Below are positions 1-9,398 of a stretch of DNA of 64,000 bases, in pieces. The translations under genes and the position numbers were made by a program. Origin of the DNA: an uncultured bacterium (GTDB lineage: Bacteria > Desulfobacterota > Binatia > HRBIN30 > CADEER01). The first letter of the stretch is position 1. Every line of letters starts with the position of its first letter. The notes under the pieces are model-generated. The model had not been told where the DNA came from, did not search any database, and saw nothing but the letters and a program-made list of their open reading frames with translations. The stretch covers positions 357-64,356 of the forward strand of contig CBFGUK010000005.1 of assembly GCA_965651925.1 (NCBI GenBank), given 5' to 3'.

Positions 1-898
1 GCCTCCCCTCGGCGAGGTAGCTGCGGGCCAGTGTGAAGCGCGCCGACTCGAGGAGCGCGCTGAACGACGTCCCCTCGGCGACGAGCCGGCGCTGCAGCGT
101 GCGCGTACTCATGCCGAGCCGGCGCGCGAGCGCCGGCTTGCTCGGCGGGCCGTCGGGCAGGGCGGCGAGCAGCGCCTGCTCGAGCCGGTGCGCGACGCGC
201 GTCGCATCGAGGCCGGCGAGATGGCGGACGAGCACCTCGTCGTTGCCGCGCGCCAGCTCGGCATTGCCGCTCGGCAGCAGATCCTCGATGTCGCGCCGGC
301 TGAAGCACAGCGCGTTCTGCGACTGCGCGAACGCCACCGGCGCGCGGAACGCCCGCCGGTACGGAGTCGCATCGACCGGCGCCGGGCGGGCGAACCACAC
401 CGCCGCCGGCGTGCAGACCCGTGGCGCATGCAGCAGGCGCGCCTGCTGCGCGCTGATCGCGGCGACCGCATCGACCGCCTGGAACGGCATGTCGGGGTGC
501 GCGGAGACGTCGATCGTGAAGCGGTAGCCGTCGCCGGTGTCGATCAGCGCGAGCTGGAGCACATCGCCGATCAGGCGCCGGTAGCGGATGACGCGTTCGA
601 ACGCCTCGCGCAGCGTCGTGCTGGCGAGCACCGCGTAGCCGAGGGCGTGAAACGTCGTCTGGCCGACGAAGCGCGCCGCGGTGAGGCCGAACGCCGGATT
701 GCCGGTCGCCTCGACCGCCAGCACCCAGAGCCGGTCGAGCGCGGCGCGCGGCACGCGCGCGCCCGGCCCGAGCGCGTCGGGATTGATGCCCGCCCGGCGC
801 GCGAGCGCCGGCGCATCGTGCCCCGCGGCGGCGAGCGCGCGCAGGATCACGGCCGTCCAGGAGGCGAGCGTCGAGGCGCCACGGCGTGGAGGCGTCAT
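1..898 (-). CDS. AraC family transcriptional regulator (3' end runs off the left window edge)
   Basis: Own minus-strand translation; the frame is missing from the ORF track because it has no stop inside the window. ATG at 898..896 gives MTPPRRGASTLASWTAVILRALAAAGHDAPALARRAGINPDAL... Near the edge it reads KPALARRLGMSTRTLQRRLVAEGTSFSALLESARFTLARSYLAEG, a typical AraC-type HTH. Divergent from the catabolic genes at 997-5604. Confidence 0.85.
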   Translation of the reverse strand, partial: MTPPRRGASTLASWTAVILRALAAAGHDAPALARRAGINPDALGPGARVPRAALDRLWVLAVEATGNPAFGLTAARFVGQTTFHALGYAVLASTTLREAFERVIRYRRLIGDVLQLALIDTGDGYRFTIDVSAHPDMPFQAVDAVAAISAQQARLLHAPRVCTPAAVWFARPAPVDATPYRRAFRAPVAFAQSQNALCFSRRDIEDLLPSGNAELARGNDEVLVRHLAGLDATRVAHRLEQALLAALPDGPPSKPALARRLGMSTRTLQRRLVAEGTSFSALLESARFTLARSYLAEGR

Positions 899-996
899 GC
901 AGATCGGCTCAGGCGGCCAAGACCATGGCCGGCTCGGCACAGCAAGCCGACGCGCGCTGTCCTACGGTGCGCCCCGTCACCGCAGCGGAGGAACCC

Positions 997-1929
997 ATGA
1001 CCGAGCCGATCATCCGAGTCCGCGACCTCGCGTTCCCGCGCTTCCAGGCGCCGGATCTCGACGTGATGGAGCAGTTTCTCGTCACCTTCGGCATGCAGCG
1101 CGCGGCGCGGAGCGCGACGGCGCTCTACATGCGCGGCACCGACGCGCAGCATCACGTGCACGTCACCGAGCACGGCGCGCCGGCGTTTCTCGGGCTGGCG
1201 TTCCATGCCGCGGCGCGCGCCGATCTCGACCGGCTGGCGACCGCGACCGGCACGGCGGTGGCGCCGCTCGACGAACCCGGCGGCGGCGTCGTCGTGCGCC
1301 TCACCGATCCCGACGGGCGGCGCGTCGAGGTCGTGCACGGCATCGCCGCGCTGCCGTCGCTGCCGCCGCGCACGCATCCGCCGCTCAACACCGGCGCGGC
1401 GCGGCCGCGCGTCGGCACGCTGCAGCGCATCGCCCCCGGGCCGTCGCAGGTGAAGCGCTGCGGCCATGCGGCGCTGAAGACCGCTGACCTCGACACCCTG
1501 TCGCGCTGGTACCGGCAGCATCTCGGACTGCTGGTCTCCGACGATCTCTACGTCGAGACGCCCGAGCAGCCACTCGGCCGCTTCCTGCGCTGCGACCGCG
1601 GCGGCGAGGCGGCCGATCATCACACGCTGCTCCTGCTCGCGTTCGGCGAGGCGAAGCTCGGGCACGTCGCCTGGGAGGTCGCCGACTTCGACGATCTCAT
1701 GGTCGGCCACGAACAGCTCGCCGCCGCCGGCGCGCGCCACTACTGGGGCATCGGCCGCCACGTGCTCGGCGGGCAGATCTTCGACTACTGGAAGGATCCG
1801 CTCGGCTTCACCGTCGAGCACTGGACCGACAGCGACCTGCTCGACGCCAGCACGCCGCCGGGTGCGCATCATCTCCTCGCCGCCGGCAACCAGTGGGGCC
1901 CGCCACCGCCGCCGGATCTGGACTTCTAA
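997..1929 (+). CDS. VOC / extradiol ring-cleavage dioxygenase family protein
   Basis: ORF 886..1929 with the start moved to ATG 997 (GGAGGA just upstream). Two glyoxalase-like halves: ...QHHVHVTEHGAPAFLGLAF... and ...KLGHVAWEVADFDDLMVGHEQL...HYWGIGRHVLGGQIFDYWKDPLGFTVEHWTD. Confidence 0.75.
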   Translation: MTEPIIRVRDLAFPRFQAPDLDVMEQFLVTFGMQRAARSATALYMRGTDAQHHVHVTEHGAPAFLGLAFHAAARADLDRLATATGTAVAPLDEPGGGVVVRLTDPDGRRVEVVHGIAALPSLPPRTHPPLNTGAARPRVGTLQRIAPGPSQVKRCGHAALKTADLDTLSRWYRQHLGLLVSDDLYVETPEQPLGRFLRCDRGGEAADHHTLLLLAFGEAKLGHVAWEVADFDDLMVGHEQLAAAGARHYWGIGRHVLGGQIFDYWKDPLGFTVEHWTDSDLLDASTPPGAHHLLAAGNQWGPPPPPDLDF

Positions 1930-1939
1930 GATGCTCAAC

Positions 1940-1963
1940 GCGGAGGCGCGGAGACGCGGAGGT
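1940..1963. repeat. Tandem octamer array GCGGAGGC GCGGAGAC GCGGAGGT
   Basis: Read directly in the 36-nt spacer between the stop at 1929 and the next start (GTG 1966 / ATG 1969). The last unit supplies a GGAGG Shine-Dalgarno. Confidence 0.9.
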
Positions 1964-1965
1964 GT

Positions 1966-2748
1966 GTGATGGATCTGGCGATTCGTGGGCGGGCGGCGAT
2001 CGTCTGTGCGGCGAGCAGGGGGCTCGGGCGGGCGTGCGCGGAGGCGCTGGCGCGCGAGGGGGTGGCGGTGACGATCAACGCGCGCGATGCGGCGGTGCTC
2101 GAGGAGACGGCGACGGCGATCCGCGCCGCGAGCGGCGTCGCGGTGACCGCGGTGGCGGGCGACATCGGCCACCCCGAGACGCACGCGGCGCTGCTCGCCG
2201 CGTGTCCCGCGCCGGACATCCTGGTGACCAACAACGCCGGGCCGCCGCCCGGGCGCTTCCAGGACCAGGACGACGCCGCGTGGGCGCGCGCGATCGCGGC
2301 GAACCTGCTCGCGCCGCTGGCGCTGATCCGCGCCGTGGTCGACGGCATGGTCGAGCGCCGCTTCGGCCGCATCGTCAACATCACCTCGGCGATGGTGAAG
2401 GCGCCGCAGGCGCCGATGGGGGTGTCGGCGGGCGTGCGCTGCGGCCTGACGGCGGCGTGCAAGGCGCTGTCGCTGCAGGTCGCGTGGGCGAACGTCACCA
2501 TCAACAATCTCCTGCCCGAGCGCATCGACACCGACCGGCAGGTGCAGATGGCCGGGCTCAGTGCCGCGGTGCACGGCATCACGGTCGACGAGGCGTACGC
2601 GCGCATCCGCGCGGCGATTCCCGCCGGCCGGCTCGGCGCACCGCGCGAGGTCGGCGAGGCGTGCGCGTTTCTCTGCGGCCGCCACGCCGGCTTCATCACC
2701 GGTCAGAACCTGCAGATCGACGGCGGGGCGTACCCGGGATTGCTGTAG
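1966..2748 (+). CDS. SDR family oxidoreductase
   Basis: 260-aa ORF. Contains GRAAIVCAASRGLGRACAEALAREG (Rossmann glycine motif), NNAG, and the C-terminal GFITGQNLQIDGG typical of classical SDRs. Confidence 0.85.
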   Translation: MMDLAIRGRAAIVCAASRGLGRACAEALAREGVAVTINARDAAVLEETATAIRAASGVAVTAVAGDIGHPETHAALLAACPAPDILVTNNAGPPPGRFQDQDDAAWARAIAANLLAPLALIRAVVDGMVERRFGRIVNITSAMVKAPQAPMGVSAGVRCGLTAACKALSLQVAWANVTINNLLPERIDTDRQVQMAGLSAAVHGITVDEAYARIRAAIPAGRLGAPREVGEACAFLCGRHAGFITGQNLQIDGGAYPGLL

Positions 2749-2776
2749 ACGGGCAACGCGACGAGACGGAGCGGGG

Positions 2777-4441
2777 ATGGACCACATCGATGTACCGGTG
2801 CTGATCGTCGGGGCCGGGCCGACCGGAGTGATGACCGCGCTGCTGCTGCGGCGGCTGGGCATCGCGGCGCTGATCGTCGAACGGCGCGACGGACCGCGGC
2901 GCGCCCCGGCGGCGCACGTCGTCAACGCGCGCACCTTCGAGATCTGCCGCCAGGCGGGCGTCGACATGGCGGCGCTCGCCGCGGCCTCGACGCCGCCCGA
3001 GGAGGGGGGCGCGACGTGGTGGGTGACGCGGCTCGGCGGCGAGGTGCTCGGCACGCTGCCGTTCGAGCGCCAGGACGAGGCGGTGCGGGCGCTGACGCCG
3101 ACGCCGCTGCGCAACCTCGCGCAGCACCGCTTCGAGCCGATTCTCCTCGCCGCGCTGCGCGACGCCGGGGCGCCGGCGCCGCGCTGCCGGCAGCGGTGGG
3201 TGCGCGCCGCGGCCGACGACGACGGCGTCACGTCGGAGATCGAATCGCTCGCGGACGGCGCGCGCTGGCGCGTGCGCAGCCGCTACGTCGTCGCCGCCGA
3301 CGGCGCCGCGAGCCCGGTGCGCGCCGCCTGCGGCATCACGCCGCTCGGACCCGAACGCCTGCAGGAGTTCGTCATGATCCACTTCGAGGCCGATCTGCGC
3401 GCGCTCGTCGGCGCGGCGCGCGGCGTCCTCTACTGGATCTGCGACCCCGACTGCCCCGGGATCTTCGTCGCACACGACCTCGGGCGCGAGTGGGTGTTCA
3501 TGCACCCGGCCGATGGCGATGCCGGCGCGGCGTACACGCCGGCGCACTGCGCAGGGCTGGTGCGCCGCGCCCTGGCGCGGGTCGACGTGCCGCTCGCGGT
3601 GCGCACGGTGTCGCGCTGGACGATGAGCTGCCAGGTCGCGGAGCGCTACCGCGCCGGGCGCGTGTTCCTCGCCGGCGATGCGGCGCACCGCTTTCCACCC
3701 ACCGGCGGGCTCGGGCTGAACACCGGCGTGCAGGACGCGCACAACCTCGCCTGGAAGCTCGCCCGTGTGCTGCGCGGCACGGCGGCGCCGGCCCTGCTCG
3801 ACACCTACGAGGCCGAGCGGCGTCCGGTGGCGCAGTACAACGCCGAGCAGAGCCTGCAGAACGCGATGCGCCTGCTCGAGGTGCCGCGCGCGCTCGGCGC
3901 CGATGCCGATCCCGCGACGGCACGGCGGCAGTTCGCCGCCGTGCTCGCCAGCCCGGCCGGCCGCGCCGCGGTGACGACGGCGATCGCCGCCCAGGCGGAG
4001 CACTTCGACATGCTCGGGCTGCAGCTCGGCTACACCTACGAGCGCGGCGCGCTGCTCGCCGACGGCAGCGCGCCGCCGGTGCTCGCCAACCCGGTGCGCG
4101 AGTACGTACCGTCGAGCCGGCCCGGCGCGCGCCTGCCGCACGGCCGCGTCAGCGGCGGCTCGAGCCTCGATCTCGTCGCGCTCGATCGGCCGACACTCTT
4201 CTGCGGGCCGGCGGGCGCGGCGTGGGCCGCCGCGGCGTCCACCGCCGATGTGGCGGTCGTGCACCTCGGCGTCGACGCCGCCGATCCCGACGACTGGTGG
4301 GGGGCGACCGCGGACATGACCGCCGACGGCGCACTGCTCGTGCGCCCCGACCAGCACGTCGCCTTTCGCGCCCGCGGCGCGATCGCCGATCCCGCCGCCG
4401 CGCTCGCCGCGGCGCTGCGCGTCGTGGACGGCCGCGCATGA
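2777..4441 (+). CDS. FAD-dependent aromatic-ring monooxygenase (PheA/TfdB-like)
   Basis: ORF 2561..4441 with the start moved to ATG 2777. Contains DVPVLIVGAGPTGVMTALLLRRLG (GxGxxG) and GRVFLAGDAAHRFPPTGGLGLNTGVQDAHNLAWKL (flavoprotein hydroxylase fingerprint). Length about 554 aa. Confidence 0.85.
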   Translation: MDHIDVPVLIVGAGPTGVMTALLLRRLGIAALIVERRDGPRRAPAAHVVNARTFEICRQAGVDMAALAAASTPPEEGGATWWVTRLGGEVLGTLPFERQDEAVRALTPTPLRNLAQHRFEPILLAALRDAGAPAPRCRQRWVRAAADDDGVTSEIESLADGARWRVRSRYVVAADGAASPVRAACGITPLGPERLQEFVMIHFEADLRALVGAARGVLYWICDPDCPGIFVAHDLGREWVFMHPADGDAGAAYTPAHCAGLVRRALARVDVPLAVRTVSRWTMSCQVAERYRAGRVFLAGDAAHRFPPTGGLGLNTGVQDAHNLAWKLARVLRGTAAPALLDTYEAERRPVAQYNAEQSLQNAMRLLEVPRALGADADPATARRQFAAVLASPAGRAAVTTAIAAQAEHFDMLGLQLGYTYERGALLADGSAPPVLANPVREYVPSSRPGARLPHGRVSGGSSLDLVALDRPTLFCGPAGAAWAAAASTADVAVVHLGVDAADPDDWWGATADMTADGALLVRPDQHVAFRARGAIADPAAALAAALRVVDGRA

Positions 4442-5604
4442 TCCGCACCGCCTGCCTGCACGCGCCGCTGCTGCTGCTGGCCGCCTGCGCTCCGTCGTGG
4501 GAGCCGGCATTCGATGAACCCGTGCCGCCGGAGCGCTTCGCCTCCGTGGCGATCGCCGATCCCGACGAGGCGCTGACGTTCGCGCGCGTGCGCGACGGCG
4601 GGCGCCCGGTCGTGCTCGGCGTCACCGACTACCGCGACGGCACGGTGGCCGGCCTCGATCTCACCGCCGTGCTCGCCGCCGGCGACGCGGACCCGATCGC
4701 GCTCTTCAACGCACACGGGTACGACCGGCTGCGCGAGGTGATCCGCGACGCCCCGGCCGCGGCGCGCCGCACGGTGGCGGCGACGGCGCTCGTCGCGCCA
4801 GTGGACCTTGGTGCCCATCACATCGCCGCCGCGACGAACTTCCCTGCGCACGCCGACGACGCCGGTGTCGAGGACGGACCGTTCCTCTTCGCCAAGCTCG
4901 TGCCGCCGACCGGCCCGTACGATCCGCTGCCGGCCGGCGACGCGCTGCTCGACTACGAGGTCGAGCTCGCGTGGGTGACGCTCACGCCGCTCGCGGCGGG
5001 CGACGGCGCGCCGCCGTATCTCGGGCTCGTGGCGTGCAACGACGTCACCGATCGCGACACGCTGCTGCGCCACCTCGACCCGTGGGACATCGCCTCCGGT
5101 GCCGGCTTCACCACCGGCAAGAGCTTTCCCGGTTTCCTGCCGATCGGCACGCTGTTCGTCGTGCCGCGCGATCACCGGCGCTTCGTCGCCGGGCTCGCGC
5201 TCGCGCTCGCGGTCGACGGCGCGCTGCGCCAGCGCGCGCCGGCCGCCGCGATGGTGTGGGATCTCGACGCGCTGCTGCGTGAGGTGCAGGCGCGCCGCGG
5301 GCAGCGCTGGGCGCATCGCGGCGGCGAGATCGCGCTCGTCGCGGATGACGGCGCGATTCCGGCGCGCACGCTGCTGCTCGCCGGGACGCCGCACGGCACG
5401 GTGTTCGACGGCGTGCCGGCGCGTCACTACGTCGCCGGCCTCGGCCGCTGGCTCGCCGGCGGCTGGGACGCGCCGCTCGCCACGCAGGTGCTGGCGGCCT
5501 ACATCGACGACGCGCACGCCGCGGCCGCCTATCTCCAGCCCGGGCAGCGCGTCGAGATCCATATCGACCGGCTCGGCGTGCTGCGCAACGAAGTCGTGCC
5601 CTGA
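4438..5604 (+). CDS. Fumarylacetoacetate hydrolase (FAH) family protein with lipoprotein-like N-terminus
   Basis: In-frame ATG 4438 overlaps the upstream TGA (ATGA). FAH-like core: ...LDYEVELAWVT...VACNDVTDRD...GKSFPGFLPIG...LLLAGTPHGT. N-terminus is MIRTACLHAPLLLLAAC (lipobox LAAC). Confidence 0.8.
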   Translation: MIRTACLHAPLLLLAACAPSWEPAFDEPVPPERFASVAIADPDEALTFARVRDGGRPVVLGVTDYRDGTVAGLDLTAVLAAGDADPIALFNAHGYDRLREVIRDAPAAARRTVAATALVAPVDLGAHHIAAATNFPAHADDAGVEDGPFLFAKLVPPTGPYDPLPAGDALLDYEVELAWVTLTPLAAGDGAPPYLGLVACNDVTDRDTLLRHLDPWDIASGAGFTTGKSFPGFLPIGTLFVVPRDHRRFVAGLALALAVDGALRQRAPAAAMVWDLDALLREVQARRGQRWAHRGGEIALVADDGAIPARTLLLAGTPHGTVFDGVPARHYVAGLGRWLAGGWDAPLATQVLAAYIDDAHAAAAYLQPGQRVEIHIDRLGVLRNEVVP

Positions 5605-5736
5605 GGAGCAATTCGAACGCGCGCGCGATCCCTGGAGGGCGCTGCGGACGGACGTTTTCGTTCTCAGGAGGCGACGCGCTGCATGCGGGCGGGGACGCCC
5701 GCGGTTCGGGACACGTAAGCCGTGGATCCGGATCGA

Positions 5737-6858
5737 TCAGTCGGCGAGCAGCTGCTCCGCCAGATGCGCCGCGATGCGTTCGGCGGCGCGCCCGTCGCCG
5801 AAGGGGTTTTCCGCGGCGCGCATGGCGGCGTGCGCCGCGGGATCGTCGAGCAGCGTCGTCGCGGCGGCGAGGATCGCGTCGCCGTCGGTGCCGACGAGAC
5901 GGGCGGTGCCGGCGGTGAGCGCCTCGCTGCGTTCGGTGGCGGCGCGCGTCACCAGCACCGGCACGCCGAACGACGGCGCCTCCTCCTGCACGCCCCCGGA
6001 GTCGGTGATGATCAGCGCCGCGCGGCGCATCAGGGCGACAAAGCCGAGATAGTCGAGCGGCGGCGTGAGGAGGATGTTCGCCTGCGCGCCGAGCGCGGCG
6101 CGCACCGGCTCGCGCACGGCGGGGTTGAGGTGCACCGGGTAGACGATCACGGCATCGGCGTAGCGTTCGGCGAGCGTGCGCAGTGCCGCGCACAGGCTGG
6201 CGAGGCCGGCGCCGAAGTTCTCGCGGCGGTGGCCGGTGACCAGCACCAGCCGGCGGCCGGCGAGTGCGGCGGCGGGCACGCCGTCGGGCAGCGGCAGGGC
6301 GCGGTCGCCGATCGCGTGCAGCGCGTCGACGACGGTGTTGCCGGTCACCAGGACGTCCGTCTCGGCGACCCCCTCGCGGCGCAGGTTCGCGGCGGCGGCG
6401 GCGGTCGGCGCGTAGTGCCACGCGGCGAGCCGGGTGACGAGGCGGCGGTTCATCTCCTCCGGGAACGGCTGGTCGAGCCGGCCGGTGCGCAGACCGGCCT
6501 CGACGTGGCCGACCGGCACGCCGGCGTAGAACGCGGCGAGCGCGCCGGCCATGGCGGTGGTCGTATCACCCTGGACGAGCACGGCGGCCGGCTGCTCGGC
6601 GGCGAGCACGCCGCGCACGCCGACGAGCACGCGCGCGGTGAGCTCGGCGAGATCCTGCGCCGGCTGCATGACCGAGAGATCGTGCGCCGGCGTGATCGCG
6701 AACACGGCGAGCATCTGGTCGAGCATCTCGCGGTGCTGGCCGGTGACGCAGACGCGCGGCGCAAGACCCGCCGTGCGCCCCAGCGCGGCGATCACCGGGG
6801 CGAGCTTGATCGCCTCGGGCCGCGTGCCGAAGACGACCAGCACCCGGCGCGCGCTCAC
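5737..6858 (-). CDS. wecB: UDP-N-acetylglucosamine 2-epimerase (non-hydrolysing)
   Basis: C-terminal 373 aa of ORF 5737..8031. GTG start at 6858 overlaps the upstream stop (GTGA). Contains RVLVVFGTRPEAIKLAPV..., ...VQGDTTT..., ...HVEAGLRT..., ...ITDSGGVQEEAPSFGVPVLV... Confidence 0.9.
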   Translation of the reverse strand: MSARRVLVVFGTRPEAIKLAPVIAALGRTAGLAPRVCVTGQHREMLDQMLAVFAITPAHDLSVMQPAQDLAELTARVLVGVRGVLAAEQPAAVLVQGDTTTAMAGALAAFYAGVPVGHVEAGLRTGRLDQPFPEEMNRRLVTRLAAWHYAPTAAAAANLRREGVAETDVLVTGNTVVDALHAIGDRALPLPDGVPAAALAGRRLVLVTGHRRENFGAGLASLCAALRTLAERYADAVIVYPVHLNPAVREPVRAALGAQANILLTPPLDYLGFVALMRRAALIITDSGGVQEEAPSFGVPVLVTRAATERSEALTAGTARLVGTDGDAILAAATTLLDDPAAHAAMRAAENPFGDGRAAERIAAHLAEQLLAD

Positions 6859-7991
6859 GGCCGCGCCTCGGCGCCCGCGAGCAGCCGCTGGTAGAGGCCG
6901 AGCAGCTCGGCGGCGATCGCGTCCCAGCCGAAGCGGGCGCGCACGAACGCCACCGCCTGCGGCGAGAGCGTGCCGCGCTCGCGCAGCGCGCGCGCGAGGC
7001 AGTCGGCGAGCTCGAGCGGGTTGCCCGGCGTGGCGAGGTAGCCGGTGCGACCCTCGTCGACCAGCGTGCGCACGCCGGGCAGGTGCGAGGCGACCACCGG
7101 CGTGCCGCAGGCGAGCGCCTCGAGCAGCACGAGCCCGAACGCCTCGGTGCGGTCGATCGACGGCAGCGCCAGCACGTCGGCGGCGCGGTAGTACCCCGGC
7201 AGGAGCGCATCGGGCACGTCGCCGACGAAGCGCGCGCGGTTGCCGAGCCGGGCGCGCGCCATCGCCTCGTAGTCGCCGCGCCACTCGCCGTCGCCGCCGA
7301 CGACGAGCGCCGCCTCGGGGATGTGCGCGAGCGCCTCGATGAGGACGTGCAGGCCCTTGAAGTAGTGCGCGCGGTCGAGGCGGGCGAGGAAGAAGACCGT
7401 CGGCTGCTCGGGAAAGGCGAGCTCGGCGCGCAGCGCGGCGCGGTTCTCGACCGGCGAGAAGTGCGTCAGGTCGACCCCGCCGGGCACGGCGACGAGCTTG
7501 CGCTCGAGGGCGGGCAGGCGCGCGGCGAGGAACGAGGACGCGGCGTAGTCGTGCGAGGTGACGAGGATCGCGTCGGCGGCGTGGAGAATGAACGGCAGCA
7601 GCGCGCGCCGGTGCCAGTGGAAGAGGCGCGCCTTCCAGTGCACGCCGACGACGTCCATCTGGTACTGCAGGACGAGGCGCGGGCCGCCGGCGAGCCGGCG
7701 CGCGGCGAGCAGCTCGGCGGTGCCGAAGAACGGATAGTGCAGGTGCGCGACATCGAAGCGCGCCGTGCGCCAGAGAAGCTGCGGCAGCGAGGCGGCATTG
7801 CCGCGCGCGAGCAGCGCCGGCACCTCGACGAGCTCGACATGGTCCGGCACGCTGCGCGGCGTCGGCGCGCGCGGCGTGAAGACCGTCACCTGCACGCCCG
7901 CCGCGGCCAGCGCCCGCGCCTGGTGAAACGCGACCGTGCCCATGCCGCCGCGATACGGCGGGAAGACGGGCGCGATGTGCGCGACTCGCAA
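6855..7991 (-). CDS. Glycosyltransferase family 4 (GT-B fold)
   Basis: C-terminal 378 aa of ORF 6855..9548. TTG 7991 is preceded by GGAGAG; the start is uncertain. Contains LRVAHIAPVFPPYRGGMGTV... and ...ALPSIDRTEAFGLVLLEALACGTPVVASHLPGVRTLV (E-x7-E type motif). Confidence 0.8.
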   Translation of the reverse strand: MRVAHIAPVFPPYRGGMGTVAFHQARALAAAGVQVTVFTPRAPTPRSVPDHVELVEVPALLARGNAASLPQLLWRTARFDVAHLHYPFFGTAELLAARRLAGGPRLVLQYQMDVVGVHWKARLFHWHRRALLPFILHAADAILVTSHDYAASSFLAARLPALERKLVAVPGGVDLTHFSPVENRAALRAELAFPEQPTVFFLARLDRAHYFKGLHVLIEALAHIPEAALVVGGDGEWRGDYEAMARARLGNRARFVGDVPDALLPGYYRAADVLALPSIDRTEAFGLVLLEALACGTPVVASHLPGVRTLVDEGRTGYLATPGNPLELADCLARALRERGTLSPQAVAFVRARFGWDAIAAELLGLYQRLLAGAEARP

Positions 7992-8159
7992 CGGCTCTCC
8001 TTGCTGCGTGGGCGGGACGCGGGAGGCACACGCGACGCCGCCGTGAAAATGGAGACGAGCACCTACCAAGCGTGCGTCACGCAGGTCAACGAGGATTCCC
8101 CGCGCCCCACGCCCGCCGTTGGCTGGCGTCCCCGGGCGACGCCGAGTAAGATCCCGCCG

Positions 8160-9353
8160 ATGTCCGTCAAGCGTCTCGCCATCGCGACCCTGGTGCTCGC
8201 GCTCGCCGGCCTGGTGGTCGCGGCGATGATCTCGTACACGCACGCGCAGCTGGCGCAGAACATCGGTTCGTGGTGCGACGTCAACGCGACGGTCAGCTGC
8301 TCGACGGTGCTGAGCAGCGAGCACGCCTACCTCTTCGGCCTGCCGGTGGCCTGGTTTGCCCTCGCCGCCTACGCGGCGATGGCCGTCGCTGCGGCGGTCA
8401 TTCTCGCCTCGCCGAGCGCCGCGCGCCGGCGCCAGCTCGCGACGCTGCTGTTCGTCGCATCGGCCGGCTCGGCCGTGTACTCGATCTATCTCGCCTGGAT
8501 CGCGCTCGGCGTGCTCGGCGCCGTGTGCGTGCAGTGCGCGATGCTCTATGCGGTCAACGCCGGGCTGCTCGGCGCCACCGCGCTCCTCTACGGAGCGACG
8601 CAGGGCGGAACGCGCGACCAGCAGACGTGGCAGGGACGCGCAAAGCTCATCGCCGCCGCCGCGCTCGGCGTCGTGCTCGTGCTCGCCGCCTCGATTCTCT
8701 GGAAGACGACCGCCGGTGGCGCGCCGACCACCGCCGAGGCCCTCTGCGCCCGGGAACCGGCGTTCTGCGAAAGCTATCGCAGCCTGCCGGTGGTCACGGT
8801 CGAAACGACCGGCGGCCATCACAAGGGCGGCGACGGCGCGCCGGTGGTGATCGTCGAGTTCTCCGACTTCGAGTGCGGTCACTGTGCCAAGGCGTACCGC
8901 AACCTCAAAGCCGTGCTGCCGCGCTTCCGCGACGACGTGCAGGTCCGCTTCCATCACTTCCCGCTCGACAACGCGTGCAATCCCGCGATTCCCGCCGGCG
9001 GCGGTCACCGCTTCGCGTGTCTCGCCGCGATGGCGGCCGAGTGTGCCGCCGCGCAGGGCAAGTTCTGGGAGTACCACGACACGCTGTTCGATCATCAGCC
9101 GCAGTTCGATCGCGACAGCCTGCTCGGCTACGCCGCCGATCTCGGTCTCGATCGCGAGCAGTTCCGCGCCTGTCTCGAGAGCGACGCGCCGCGTGCCGCC
9201 GTCGCGCGCGACGTCGCGCTCGCCACACAGCTCGGTGTCGCGTCGACGCCGACGTTGTTCCTCAACGGTCGCACGCTGCGCGGCGCGCCGAACGCCGATC
9301 AGCTGGGCTACGCGATCGTGCTCGAACGCAGCGCGCGTCAACGGAAGAGTTGA
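8160..9353 (+). CDS. Vitamin K epoxide reductase (VKOR) domain fused to a DsbA-like thioredoxin domain
   Basis: ATG 8160 inside ORF 7083..9353. N-terminal multi-TM part has the conserved Cys pairs (WCDVNATVSC ... CVQC). C-terminal part has VVIVEFSDFECGHCAK (CxxC thioredoxin fold). Confidence 0.85.
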   Translation: MSVKRLAIATLVLALAGLVVAAMISYTHAQLAQNIGSWCDVNATVSCSTVLSSEHAYLFGLPVAWFALAAYAAMAVAAAVILASPSAARRRQLATLLFVASAGSAVYSIYLAWIALGVLGAVCVQCAMLYAVNAGLLGATALLYGATQGGTRDQQTWQGRAKLIAAAALGVVLVLAASILWKTTAGGAPTTAEALCAREPAFCESYRSLPVVTVETTGGHHKGGDGAPVVIVEFSDFECGHCAKAYRNLKAVLPRFRDDVQVRFHHFPLDNACNPAIPAGGGHRFACLAAMAAECAAAQGKFWEYHDTLFDHQPQFDRDSLLGYAADLGLDREQFRACLESDAPRAAVARDVALATQLGVASTPTLFLNGRTLRGAPNADQLGYAIVLERSARQRKS

Positions 9354-9366
9354 CGCGACGCGCGCC

Positions 9367-9398
9367 GTGCGGCGCGTGATCGGCATCGCGCGCCGCAC
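9367..9398 (+). terminator. GC-rich hairpin downstream of the VKOR-DsbA gene (no U-tract)
   Basis: GTGCGGCGCG (9367-9376) pairs perfectly with CGCGCCGCAC (9389-9398) across a 12-nt loop, 14 nt after the stop. Confidence 0.35.

Noticed and set aside
895-3231. 778-aa minus-strand ORF spanning the catabolic cluster
   Set aside because: It is antisense to three well-supported plus-strand genes (dioxygenase, SDR, monooxygenase). Its translation is Arg/Ala/Gly-rich with no recognisable domain. This is a typical high-GC artefact.
5605-5736. Intergenic region between the convergent FAH and wecB genes, inspected for a terminator or small RNA
   Set aside because: No convincing stem-loop, repeat or conserved motif was seen.
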